DNA of 63,825 bases, the filler included, from Octopus bimaculoides (lineage: Eukaryota), in NCBI RefSeq assembly GCF_001194135.2. It is 6 parts of 5 records of this genome, joined end to end, with 100 filler letters (N's around TTAATTAATTAA, not from the genome) between each part and the next. Parts side by side here need not be neighbours in the genome. Positions count along the whole stretch, not along the records: positions 1 to 28,834 come from NC_068983.1; 5 more parts are not named here. One strand, written 5' to 3'. The notes beneath the pieces are model-generated. The model was not told the origin of the DNA and ran no database searches. It was given only the letters and a program-made list of their open reading frames with translations. The translations under genes were made by a program, and so were the position numbers. Position 1 is the stretch's first letter, and each line of letters starts with the position of its first letter. Below are positions 12,471-23,655 of the stretch, piece by piece.

Positions 12471-13879
12471 TTACATGTTAGCTTGATTTGCAGACATTTC
12501 TAAAATTGTAGAATACAGATTTGAGAAACAGGTAGGAAGAAAAAGTAGAGAGTAACATATTGAATTTAACAATAAATAAATAAATAAATAAAGCTTTTTT
12601 ACTTGGCATATGGCCACAGTTAATTACATCTCCCGCACTAAATGGATCTACGTAGATTTCGACGATGAATATTCAGTAGTTCAACTGAATTTCACCTATC
12701 CCTACTGACATAGCCTGTATGTGGTTCATCATTTCGCAGTCATGTTTACTTTTAACATAATTTTCAGGTAGGATCAGTGCGACACGCAGAGACAAGGGTA
12801 GATCCTTAAATTACAAGTACAACCCATCTGATGGGCGTCCACTCAGTTTCTGTCAATCTAGTTTCACTCATGAAGCTTGGATTGATCCGATGTTACCGTA
12901 AAAGACATGCCTAAAATATTTTAAAATCATAGTGAAAAATCATAGCTCTTTAATGATAGCAATTGAAAAACAAACTTCTAATTCAGTCATGCTGCATCCC
13001 AAGAGTTCATATCTTTGCGTAGCATCATAAGCATTTGTCTTTTAGTATAGTTTCGGGTTAGCCCAAGCCTTGTGAATGAACTTGGTTAGCCGGAAAATAG
13101 GCGAAAGCCCGTGGATGGATTGTACCTGGATTTTAAAAGTCCATCCTTTCACAGTGGTTCCCACTGATTCCTCTTAAAAATCACATCAGGTGTCAGTGGA
13201 ATGCGCATCCGCTTATTCAAAAATTCCATGAGCAGTTAGTTCAGCTGATTGAACAATTGACTACTGATCGCCGAAATCGATGGAGATCCATTTTGTTTAT
13301 CCAAATACTGGACTATTATTTATTCTATCAACACTTCGAGGTCGAAAAGCAATGTCAATACCAACAGGTAATGGATTTAACTAAATATTGAAAGGAAATT
13401 GGTTTCTGACACCTACAGCTGTTTTGAAGAGTAAAATAAAGACAAGATTTTATGCCTAAAAATATAGGTTTCTGACAAGTGTTTGCAAAACAATTTCGAT
13501 TCCCAGTTGCAAACAATTTACATCACTTACTCAGTTACCGATCAGGGAAATTCAAAGTGCTACATTTATTTCTTTTTCATTAAGACCAGAGCTATTGGAT
13601 TTTGGTAAAAGAAATGAAAAAGAAAAAAATTATATTAATCAATAAATTGTAGAGATGAAGCAGTCAACTGAACAAGTTGTTGGAATTGTCAGCTGTTGGT
13701 CATGAGTTCAAATCAGTTGCGTTTCTTAATATTTCAGCGATAGGAAATTTGAACTGAATATATCTCATTTCATCTGAAACAGGAATGAAATTTTGAAATG
13801 TTATCTGTGGACTGAATATTCAGCGCCCTAGATCACCCCTAAATCGTGAAACTTCACATTATACAGTTCTCGAAACTTC

Positions 13880-15020
13880 GCTTTATACATTTATACCAGT
13901 TCTATGTGCGGCCCTTCTCCAAGCCCAACGAAGAGTACTTCTTTTCTCCAGTCCTACGAAGGACACCCTTTCTCTCAGCGCTACGATCCGCTCCCCTTCT
14001 CTCAATCTTACAATGTGTATCCATTCTTCCTGTCCGCCTGTGTGCAGTTCTTTACTGGGTCTTATAATTGCTCTCAAATGTATGTCCCACTTTCCCAACA
14101 CAACAATGTTCTCTCCTTTCTCCCAGCTTTACAATTCGTGCTCTTTTAACAATCTTTTCTACAAATTTCTCCAGTCATCACTCTCTTCAATTCAGCTGAA
14201 AAGTGCCGTTGAAAAATTATAATTAACTTGCATAAAATACATCTAAAAGTTTATTATTATACATATCATCGAATAAATTTTCGATTTGGCAACATTTGTA
14301 ATGGTTCACATCAAATAATTTAACAGCTCATAACACAAAACGACCTTCTCGTCTTCTTCACCACTGCATCTTTTTAAAATTCCATTTACAAAATATAATC
14401 ATCAGGTTCACTTTGTTAGGAAATTCTAATTGATAGAGATGTCGAATATCATGTGAAGCATTAAGCATTCATTAAACAAATATTTGTGCGTGAGCATTAT
14501 TAAATGTCTCAATAAAGGTCTCAAAGTCTCATCTCACAGAGCCACTCACGTTCTACACGAGTAAATTCTTTTACAACCAAGGAAATATTAAATAACACAC
14601 GAGTTTCCCTGCATTAAAATTACAATATCGGCAACAAATAAATATGATCGAAAAATATAATTCAACAGTTAGAATGCTTTAAACAAAATAATCAATAAGA
14701 AAAGACCGAGTAATAATTTTCACGCTGTATCAGATAGCATGGAGTCTCAAAGCACATGAGGAAACTACCAAAAACTTTATCTGTATGCAGTCAGCCTGAT
14801 AAATCTTCAGCCATCCCTAATCTTCTCTCCTTCACCGAGCCTTACAATGTATTTCCCTTCCTCATAGTCCTTGAATATGCGTCCCTTCACCCGGTCCTAC
14901 AAAGAGTGCCCTTTTCTCTCAGCTCTAATTTTTTCTCCACAACTCCCAACACTATAATATGTTACCCTTCTACCAGCCCTACATTGTGCTCCCCATTCTT
15001 CAAGTCGCGCAATATGCATC
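13880..15020 (-). repeat. Degenerate ~27-bp minisatellite in two paralogous blocks (~13880-14130 and ~14800-15020)
   Basis: Shared motifs CTTACAATGT…, GTCCTAC…CCCTTT(T)CTCTCAGC and ACAATGT/ACATTGT recur at ~25-27-nt spacing. Confidence 0.5.
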
Positions 15021-16044
15021 TGTTTCTTCCAGTCTCATAGAGATTCTCTCAACAGCGAAAGCTAACGACGAACCAGTTATAATACTTACAAGTGATGAAC
15101 TAGCTGTACCACAATCTGATGCCTACTTAAAAGCTTTGTGAAGTTAATCAGACGTTTTACTGAATCAACCTGTATCTCTAACAATATATTACACTTGCCA
15201 AATATCCACCTACAAAAGAGTTGGCAGAGTCTTCAGTGCGTCGGATAAAATAAGTTGCCGTTTTGTTCGACGCTCTAAGTTTAAATCCCACGTCTGGTTG
15301 ATAAATTAAGTACCACTTCACGTGCTTTTTTTTTTCTACCGATTAATTGGTTTGCTGATATTGTTGTGGCTTGGTCTCACTCAAACTAACCCCTTAGTTA
15401 AGAAGTTTGCTTCGTAACTTCGTTGTTTCGTGTTCGATTCCCCTATGCAGCACTTTGGTTAATTTCTTTTAATCATAGCCACAGATCAACACATTCTTAA
15501 TGGAATCTGGTAGACGGAAACTGTGTAGAAGCCAGTGGGAGAGATTATTTCTGTTCTTAATAGTAGATTGTGTCCGTTTCACGGTTTAACTCCATCACCA
15601 GGACCTTGGATACCTTTAATGAAGTCCACTCTTTAGGCCAGAGCTCTCCGATCTGAGGATAACTCCATCCTTTCCACCTATCAAGTCTGCTTTTCTCCTT
15701 TCCCTTAGTCATTAAAACAAAGCACTCCACTCATACTCACGCCGTCTTTTTGTTTTAGTGATTGAGGAGGGAGATCCTTTATTTCTCAATCCTTGAATCG
15801 TTATCAAATCTTCAGCTTGAAAAAAATCCGTGAAGAGGAACGCATATATGCTTATTTATTTATTTATTTACGCTGATGGTATTTACAGCAAAAACATGAA
15901 TATCGTCTGACTACGTTATGAGTTCGAAACCTGCTGATGTCAACTTTGAGTTTCGTCATTACTTTGGAGTTGATAAAGTAGGTATCCGCCAAGGCGGCGA
16001 GATGGCAGAAACGTTTGCATGCCGGTCGAACTGCTTAGCGGTAT

Positions 16045-17719
16045 AACGGCTCCGTGAAGTTATTGCGTGAGTTTATGCTGAAGTGTTTATCGAATTGTTG
16101 CCATTGTTAGTGATTTGAATTGATGTTTGAATTGTTGCCAAAGTTCTTAATTCATTAATTGTTGTTTTGTTTCCCATTGTGGTAAAATGGAGAAAACGCC
16201 GGAGGCAGGCCCAAGTTATGCGACCGCAACGGGCAAAGAAGTAGACGCACGAGAGTTGGAGGACCGCGAGATAAACGTGGAGCCTAGACACCACCTGAAG
16301 AGCTATCGGTCAACGTGACAAAAAGAACGGTTATATTTAAAACCATGAAGGCAGCCGCGAGAAAGATAGAAATCGCACCAATAGAGGCCATAGAGGAATG
16401 TGTTAAGAATATAAAAAGATTCACAACATACATTACGAGAAGGAGAAGATACGCCACTGTAGAGGTGCGCTTCACAACGGAGGAGGAAGCAATAAAGCAC
16501 TCCACAGAGGCAATAAGGACAGACGAATGGGTGCTCTTGCCTTCGTACTGCGGCAAACGTGTCACCAAGGTGCGAGTGGGTAAGGTACCACCTGAATTGA
16601 AAGAAGAATGACTGATGACAGCCATAACGTATAATATGAAAGACGGGAAGATTCTGAAGGCTACAAGGACCCAGAAGGTGAACTACTGGGGATATGGTAT
16701 CGAATTAATGATTCAGGCAACAACGGAGGACTTGAATAGTGTGGTGGATGAGATTATGCTGCCAGAAGATGTGAAGCTGAGAGTTATTGTGGAGGGTAGG
16801 CCGCCAGTATGTTTCTCATGTGGAGAAAGGAGCCACATGAAGGCATGGTGCACCCAAAGAAAGCCACAAACAGAGCAGGAGGAGAGACATGAGAGTGTGG
16901 ACCATGTAGTACAGGAGAAGGCAACAGAAAAAGAAACAGAAAAGAAGCGAAGGGATTCCCTATGGTTAAAAAGAAAAGAAGGAGGCGCGGAGGAATGAGT
17001 TCTCTGTCAGTGAAGCAGAAAGAGACGAGAGAAGAGGTGAGAAAAGAAACTGTGAATGAGAGCAGTAGGAAGGAAAAAGAAAGTAAAAAGAAAGTGGAGT
17101 TATCAGTGGAGAAAGAGTCGGAAACCCAACTGTATGAAGGTGAGATGGAGAGACTATTTATGGAGGAAGAAAAGAGAGAACCAAAAGTCCAAGAGAAAGG
17201 AAAGAAGATGCGAGGAGGAGATGGTGTGTGGTATTATGTGACGTACCCAAAAGATGTTGAAACAGAGAAAAAAATAATCAAGTTTCATTCAATAGTAAGA
17301 GTGAAGGTGCCTTCATACGTCTACGCAGAGGATACGAAGGCAATATTGATTGAAGAGGAAAGCTACAGAAAGTTGAAAGAGATGTGTGGAGATAGTATTG
17401 ACCCACCAGGAGTGGAGGTGGAATTTAAAAAGTTGCCACCAGTGGTGGATTTGAGAGATATCGAACCACTGATGAAGTTCTACTAAAGACAAAAAAGAAG
17501 TATGAAATTAAAGGAAAAAAAGAAAAATTGTAGATAATACATATAACGGTTCAAATGGTACTGCATGGGAGTGGGGCCCATGCGTCCATCTTCATTTTTC
17601 ATTTTTATTTAACTTTCATCTCATTTACATTCGTTTTATGTTTTTTGTCCACACTGTGGTATTGTCTGTCCTTGTGGTGTCCCCATCTATGTTTAGGGCT
17701 TTATGCCTAATAAAGAAAT
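16045..17719 (+). mobile_element. ORF1-only non-LTR retroelement (Tx1/L1-type, HAL1-like), inserted in a SINE
   Basis: 142-nt leader, then a disrupted gag-like ORF (16187-17486), then a ~230-nt 3' UTR ending AATAAAGAAAT with no ORF2. Flanked by CGGTAT at 16039-16044 and 17720-17725, splitting a SINE. Confidence 0.8.
16187..17486 (+). pseudogene. Gag-like ORF1 (RRM-like region + CX2CX4HX4C zinc knuckle + charged linker + C-terminal domain), ~430 aa reconstructed
   Basis: ATG 16187 (MEKTPEAGPSYATAT...), frameshift near 16285, then ORF 16315-16611. In-frame TGA at 16609-16611 (likely TGG) continues into 16615-16998, with VIVEGRPPVCFSCGERSHMKAWC (knuckle 16810-16851). Frameshift near 16940 into ORF 16962-17486. 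Confidence 0.8.
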
Positions 17720-17892
17720 CGGTATTTTGTCTGCCGCTACGTTCTGAGTTCAAATTCCGCCGAGGTCGACTTTGCCTTTCATCCTTTCGGGGGTCGATAA
17801 ATTAAGTACCAGTTACGTACTGAGGTCGGTCTAATCAACTGGCCCTCTCCCTCAAAATTTCGGGCCTTGTGCTTAGAGTAGAAAAGATTATT

Positions 17893-18108
17893 TAAGGCGG
17901 CTACCTGGCAGAATCGTTAGCAAGCCGGGCGAAATGCTTAGTGGTATTTCGTCTGTCTTTACGTTCTGAGTTCAAATTCCGCCGAGGTCGACTTTGCCTT
18001 TCATCCTTTCGGGGTCGATAAATTAAGTACTAGTTGCGTATTGGGGTCAATCTAATCGACTGGTCCCCCGCCCCCAATTTCGGGCCTTGTGCCAAGAGTA
18101 GAAGACAA
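17893..18108 (+). mobile_element. Second SINE copy of the same family in head-to-tail tandem
   Basis: Full head, body (GAGTTCAAATTCC B-box-like) and the same CGGGCCTTGTGC..AGAGTAGAA tail as the first copy. Confidence 0.9.
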
Positions 18109-19168
18109 TAGGTACCCGCCAAGTATTGGAGATCTATTTAACTGAGTGCATTCCATCACAAAGTAAGAAGATTTTTTTTTTTATCTAAATTATAAATACA
18201 TTGTTTCTTGAAAATAAAAGCAATAGAATCAAACTTGTTAGTTAATGATACATTATCAGAATCAAAAAGAAAGAAAGACGATGTCACTGAACTAAAAATG
18301 AAACTAACATAATGCTTTTGAAAGAAGTTATAGCCATTTTCTCGCCACTCAATCAAAATAGACAAAATCCATTTCCATAGTTCTAAAGTATACCTGCTGA
18401 GCTGCTGGCGAATAGGAAAATCTTTCTAAAGTATAAGAAAATAAATTTGCTAATGAATCAATTCATTAAGTGTTTGAGAACTTTCAATCTAAATATAAAT
18501 AACGATTTCTTATATAACCAGACAATGTGGAGGATGATGGTAAAGCAATTGAATATGTGCAAATATATGCCTAAAACTTATTTTATCAGTCCTGGAATGA
18601 TTAAAGATAAAATCAATCACGGTGGGTCTTGATCTCAGAATGGATACGTAAAAATCTAAAAACCACAAGATTTTAGTCTGACAAAGTTTCTACAACTTCG
18701 GAGCCTTATTCTATTTATTTTTGCTCCAGTACAAGCATTACTTCTAGTTTGAAGGAGTTACAGAAACACTTGGGTTTCAGACTAAATGCATTGTAGTATT
18801 TAGTTACGTCCCTTTACGGTCTGCGTTTATATCGACTTGCCTTTTATTACTGCAAGGTGAATTAAGTACTAGAGTCATATTGCCGTTACTTCGATCGAAT
18901 TTAGCCCTATCTATTATAATTATGTGGCTTTGTGCTAAAATAAGAAATCAATATAGATAATTATATTCATTATAATTATTTCATTATATTGCAGCTAATT
19001 AAATTATGTGTTTTCTTGGGGTTTTTAATTAAGTTCTTTGCAGAATTCAACTCAGTTACTGACAAAGTGAGAATGCTTCTATCAAATAATACAGTTTCGA
19101 AGCTTCACGAATATAAGTGTGAGTTAATGTGTGCGCACACACACACGCGCTTACACACGCACACACAC

Positions 19169-19259
<91 letters not shown>

Positions 19260-19469
19260 ACACACACACACATGATTGATTGCTATATCCACAAGTTTTT
19301 TTAATTCTCTCTGTTTATTTCCTCGCGTTCTTTTCTGTTGAAGAGTAAAAGACTTTCTCACTTTCCCGAGCGTCAAACTAATACACCTGCTTGTTGTTCA
19401 TACACCTGTCTTCGTCTTTTTATTTTCTATAAACTTCAACGATATATGTGTGTGTGTGTGTGTATGCAC

Positions 19470-19503
<34 letters not shown>

Positions 19504-19946
19504 TTATGCATGCGTGTTGTTACTTTTTATGTATCTATATATGAGTGTATAAAGTATTCATGTATATGATTGCTTAGTAACTATATCCTGTTCTCGAATA
19601 ACAAAAGTATATCCCTTCCAAGGTAGCATGCAAGTATCTGTCAAAGATCCAGGAGCAGTTATTCTTGTTGTCAATGTGTGTTGGTGTCCTCTAGCTGGCT
19701 GGATATGTACTTTTTCTACTGATATGACGAATGTCTTTCCCAAAGTGTTTGTTCAAATAGATGAGCTCGACTGTTCATTGCATACATGCATGCATGTACG
19801 CATGTATGTCAGTATGTATGTATGCACGCATATATGTATTTTATGTATATATGCATGTATGAACTTTTACTTGTGAGAGCATATGTATGTTTATATGCAA
19901 GGAAGTTTTGCTATATGAATGCATAAATTATGTATATCGGTATGTG

Positions 19947-20809
19947 CAGGGTGTGGTGAATAAACTGCCGTCTAAATTACACAAACATGAAAATAACACT
20001 GACATCTCATTTTATCAGATATATTTACTAAAAGTACATAAAAATATCTTGAAATACTAAAGAGTAAATTTATTTAATAAAATCGCCATTGGCTTCAACA
20101 ACGGCTCCAGACGACTTCGGATTCTTCTGCAACTATCCTGGACGGTCTCCTTGTTTAAGTTAGTGAATGGTGCCATAATCCTTGCCTTCGGTTCATCTTT
20201 GGTGTTACAAGGAGTTTTGCTAAAATGCGCCCCACACATAATAATCAAGAGGGTTGTAGTCTGAGGAGTTAGGTAGCCAGATGTTAGGTGTGATGTGGTC
20301 GCAGAAGTTGTCTGACAACCATGACTGGGTTCTCTTGCTTGTGTAGTATGGCGCAGAGTCCTGTTGTCAGACATAGAGTCTTCCAGCAGCCACCCTCTTC
20401 ACCCAGGGCAGCACTACCTCCTCCAGGCACTTGATGTAGGCCTCCGTGTTGAGTCTAAGGCCGTGTGGGAAGACGAATGGGGGCATAACGTCGCCATCAC
20501 TAGTGATCACTCCAGACGCCATGATATTGACTGGATGTTTGATTATTATCACTCTCGATACTTGCCCTCAGATTGCACAGTCCTCAGATTGACACCCAAA
20601 CACTCTGAAATACTCGTATTGGAGCTTCCGGCGTGAATGCCAAGCAGTAGAACATGTCGTTTCCAAATTCCTGGTAGAGTGAATTGAGTCATGGTGCTGT
20701 CTTTCTCACAGACCCTACTATATTGTGTAGTCAGCAAAATCAAAAACAAACAATGCGCATGCGTGAAATTAGAAATATAAAATGGTGACAATTTACCCAT
20801 CACACCCTG
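19947..20809 (-). mobile_element. Tc1/mariner DD37D (maT-type) transposon, internally deleted, both TIRs present
   Basis: TIRs CAGGGTGTGGTGAATAAACTG… and …CAATTTACCCATCACACCCTG|TA. Transposase relic QQDSAP…WLPNSSDYNPLDYYVWG, with 37 residues counted between the second and third Asp; internal stop. Confidence 0.9.
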
Positions 20810-21234
20810 TATGTATGTATGTATGTATGTATGTATATCCTCTTCGTAGGAACATGCATGCGTACATACGTAACATATGCATTCATACACATGTGTATAC
20901 TGAATGCACAACCAAAAGAGAAAAGTCAATACTTTATGTCGCCGAGTTTATTTATAGATTAGTAAGAAGCTTAAACAACAATCAGCTGTTCGGCTGCGAT
21001 TCTTGCTGGTAATGTACATGTGGTTCTTGAAAGTGGATCTTCCGTCTTTTTCGACGATAAATATTCCAGTTGTTCAATCAACTGAATTGTCTACTTGTTC
21101 AATTATAGTAACTGAATATTTTTCAAAGTTTTACTTTGAACGTTATCCCCATGAGGAATCTGCGTGATGCAGTATGCCAGAAAGCTACATCTTTGAATTG
21201 AAAATGCATTCCTTCCAATAGTCTTGAGATATGT

Positions 21235-21269
<35 letters not shown>

Positions 21270-21285
21270 CATCCTCATCCTCATC

Positions 21286-21340
<55 letters not shown>

Positions 21341-21345
21341 GGCAA

Positions 21346-21680
21346 GGCGCATGGCTCAGTGGTTAGAGCGTCGAGCTTACGATCGTGAAGTTGTGAGTTC
21401 GATTCCCGGACCGGGCTGCGTGTTGTGTTCTTGAGCAAGACACTTTATTCCACGATGCTCCAGTTCACTCAGCTGAAGAAATGAGTTGCGACATCACAGG
21501 TGCCAAGCTGCATTGGCCTTTGCCTTTCCCTTGGATAACATCGGTGGTGTGGAAAGGGGAGGCTGGTATGCATGGGCGACTGTTGGCCTTTCATAAACAA
21601 CCTTGCCCGAACTTGTGCCTCGGGGGGTAACTTTCTAGGAGCAATCCCATGGTCATTCATGACAGAAGGGGGTCTCCTCT
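21346..21680 (+). mobile_element. tRNA-derived SINE, third family (central TTCTTGAGCAAGACACTT domain)
   Basis: A box TGGCTCAGTGG, B box GAGTTCGATTCC, followed by GTGTTGTGTTCTTGAGCAAGACACTT…CTCCAGTTCACTCAGCTG. Confidence 0.85.
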
Positions 21681-21699
21681 TATTATTATTATTATTATT

Positions 21700-22015
21700 G
21701 TTCAGTAGTTTTATTTTTATAACGTGCTTTCACTTCACTACCGAGCGCAGCTTTGTATGCCTTGGGTATGTGCTGTGGTTTGCTGTGATGCTCTTATGGT
21801 TACTGTATTGAAAGTGTTTTGCGTAGGATGTGTGCAGTGCCCAGTAGTGCAATTTTCTGTATGTTATATATATTTGTAAGTCCTGGTGTTTTTGTTATGT
21901 ATTTGTCTGAATATTTTTTTATTATACCTAAGGCACCTACTATGATAGGAATTGTTTCTGTTTTTAGATTCCACATTCGAGTTACCTCTGTTTCCAGGTC
22001 TTTGTATTTTGAAAA
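21700..22015 (-). mobile_element. R4/Dong-like LINE 3' end
   Basis: C-terminus IQKIALLGTAHILRKTLSIQ*, short 3' UTR, then (AAT)n; truncated by a gap. Confidence 0.85.
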
Positions 22016-22284
22016 NNNNNNNNNNNNNNNNNNNNNNNNNNNNNNNNNNNNNNNNNNNNNNNNNNNNNNNNNNNNNNNNNNNNNNNNNNNNNNNNNNNNN
22101 NNNNNNNNNNNNNNNNNNNNNNNNNNNNNNNNNNNNNNNNNNNNNNNNNNNNNNNNNNNNNNNNNNNNNNNNNNNNNNNNNNNNNNNNNNNNNNNNNNNN
22201 NNNNNNNNNNNNNNNNNNNNNNNNNNNNNNNNNNNNNNNNNNNNNNNNNNNNNNNNNNNNCCTCTTATTATTATTATTATTATT

Positions 22285-22807
22285 GTTCAGTAGTTTTATT
22301 TTTATAACGTGCTTTCACTTCACTACCGAGCGCAGCTTTGTATGCCTTGGGTATGTGCTGTGGTTTGCTGTGATGCTCTTATGGTTACTGTATTGAAAGT
22401 GTTTTGCGTAGGATGTGTGCAGTGCCCAGTAGTGCAATTTTCTGTATGTTATATATATTTGTAAGTCCTGGTGTTTTTGTTATGTATTTGTCTGAATATA
22501 TTTTTATTATACATAAGGCGCCAACTATGATAGGAATTGTTTCTGTTTTTAGATTCCACATTCGAGTTACCTCTGTTTCCAGGTCTTTGTATTTTGAAAA
22601 TTTCTTCATTTCTTTTAGGGAAACGTTGTCATCTGCTGGTATTGATACACCAATTAGAAAGCATTTTTTCCTTCATGATCTTTGACAACTATATCTGGTC
22701 TATTGGCCTTAATTTCTCTATCTGTGTGTATTGGCATATCCCAGAGTATAGTTGCTTTCTCGTTTTCTGTGACCTTTTCTGGCGTGTGTCTATACCATCT
22801 TTTTCTG

Positions 22808-22810
<3 letters not shown>
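22285..22810 (-). mobile_element. R4/Dong-like LINE, 5'-truncated, near-intact RLE domain, (AAT)n on both sides
   Basis: ILWDMPIHTDREIKANRPDIVVKD…LKEMKKFSKYKDLETEVTRMWNLKTETIPIIVGAL…LLGTAHILRK. Confidence 0.9.
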
Positions 22811-22874
<64 letters not shown>

Positions 22875-22894
22875 CTTCATCATTATTATTATCA

Positions 22895-23655
22895 TTGCCT
22901 TTGGACAGCTTCTATCGCTGGAGATGTACTACGGTGTCAGTTGTTCATTACCAGTGAACTAAGGTAACACCTCTTATTTTTTGAAGACCCTTCTGGAATA
23001 TTCGAGCGGTTCCAAGCAGTGCTGTTTTCTGCAAGTGCTCCACACTTATTGCAGCCCAGATTTGTTCCACGTACTTCTCGAGATTTTTGCTCACTGTTCC
23101 CAGGGCTCCGATAATTATTGGTTTTACTGCTACCTTTTTCATCGGCCACAACTGCTTAACTTCCCAAGCTAACCTGTCATATCTCTCGACTTTTCTTTCA
23201 TCTTTATCACATACCTTATTGTCAGCTGGGCATGCTATATCTATGATCCAACATTGTTTTCTTTCTCAATTAAGACTATGTCTGGTTTCCTATTCTCTAT
23301 CTCATGGTCGCACTGAATCATAAAATCCCATAGAATCTTTGCATTTCCATTTTCGACGTTGCTTTCAGGTTTGTGGTCGTACCCATTTTTTGCTTTGTCA
23401 AGTCTATACTTGTTGTAAAGTGTCCAATGGACAAGCCTGGCTATATTGTTATGGGGTCTCTTATATTCCTTCTGGGCTAGTGACGTACATTGGCTGGTAA
23501 TATGCCATACGGTTTCACCATTTTATTCACAGATTCTGCACTTATCACTTTCTGATGTGTTGTCTATTCTGTATTTTATGTAGTTTGTTCTTAGTGCTTG
23601 CTCTTGGGCCGCACAGATTAGAGCCTCCGTTTGAAGGTTTTCCTTGGGATATTTT
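22895..23655 (-). mobile_element. R4/Dong-like LINE (second subfamily), zinc finger + RLE domain
   Basis: TEALICAAQEQALRTNY…CRIC…ETVWHITSQC…EYKRPHNNIARLVHW…KILWDFMIQCDHEIENRKPDIV…PIIIGALG…LQKTALLGTARI; tail runs into (AAT/GAT)n. Confidence 0.9.

Larger units (their letters stand above)
15991..17890 (+). mobile_element. tRNA-derived SINE (GGCGGCGAG family) split by the ORF1-only element (parts 15991-16044 and 17720-17890)
   Basis: Head AAGGCGGCGAGATGGCAGAAACGTT...GCTTAGCGGTAT resumes as CGGTATTTTGTCTGCCGCTACGTTCTGAGTTCAAATTCCGCCGAGG; the uninterrupted junction is seen at 17936 and 62691. Confidence 0.9.
15979..18123. repeat. 15-bp direct repeat (probable target-site duplication) bracketing the SINE/ORF1/SINE cassette
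   Basis: TAGGTATCCGCCAAG (15979-15993) versus TAGGTACCCGCCAAG (18109-18123), one mismatch. Confidence 0.85.

Noticed and set aside
16284-16625. Minus-strand ORFs overlapping the gag-like ORF
   Set aside because: Antisense shadows of the ORF1 coding sequence.
21676-22600. Apparent tandem duplication of a Dong 3' end on both sides of the gap at 22016-22260
   Set aside because: Both copies include the same flank (CCTCT + AAT run) and differ by only a few bases; most likely overlapping haplotypes or contig ends. Long reads would be needed to call it real.
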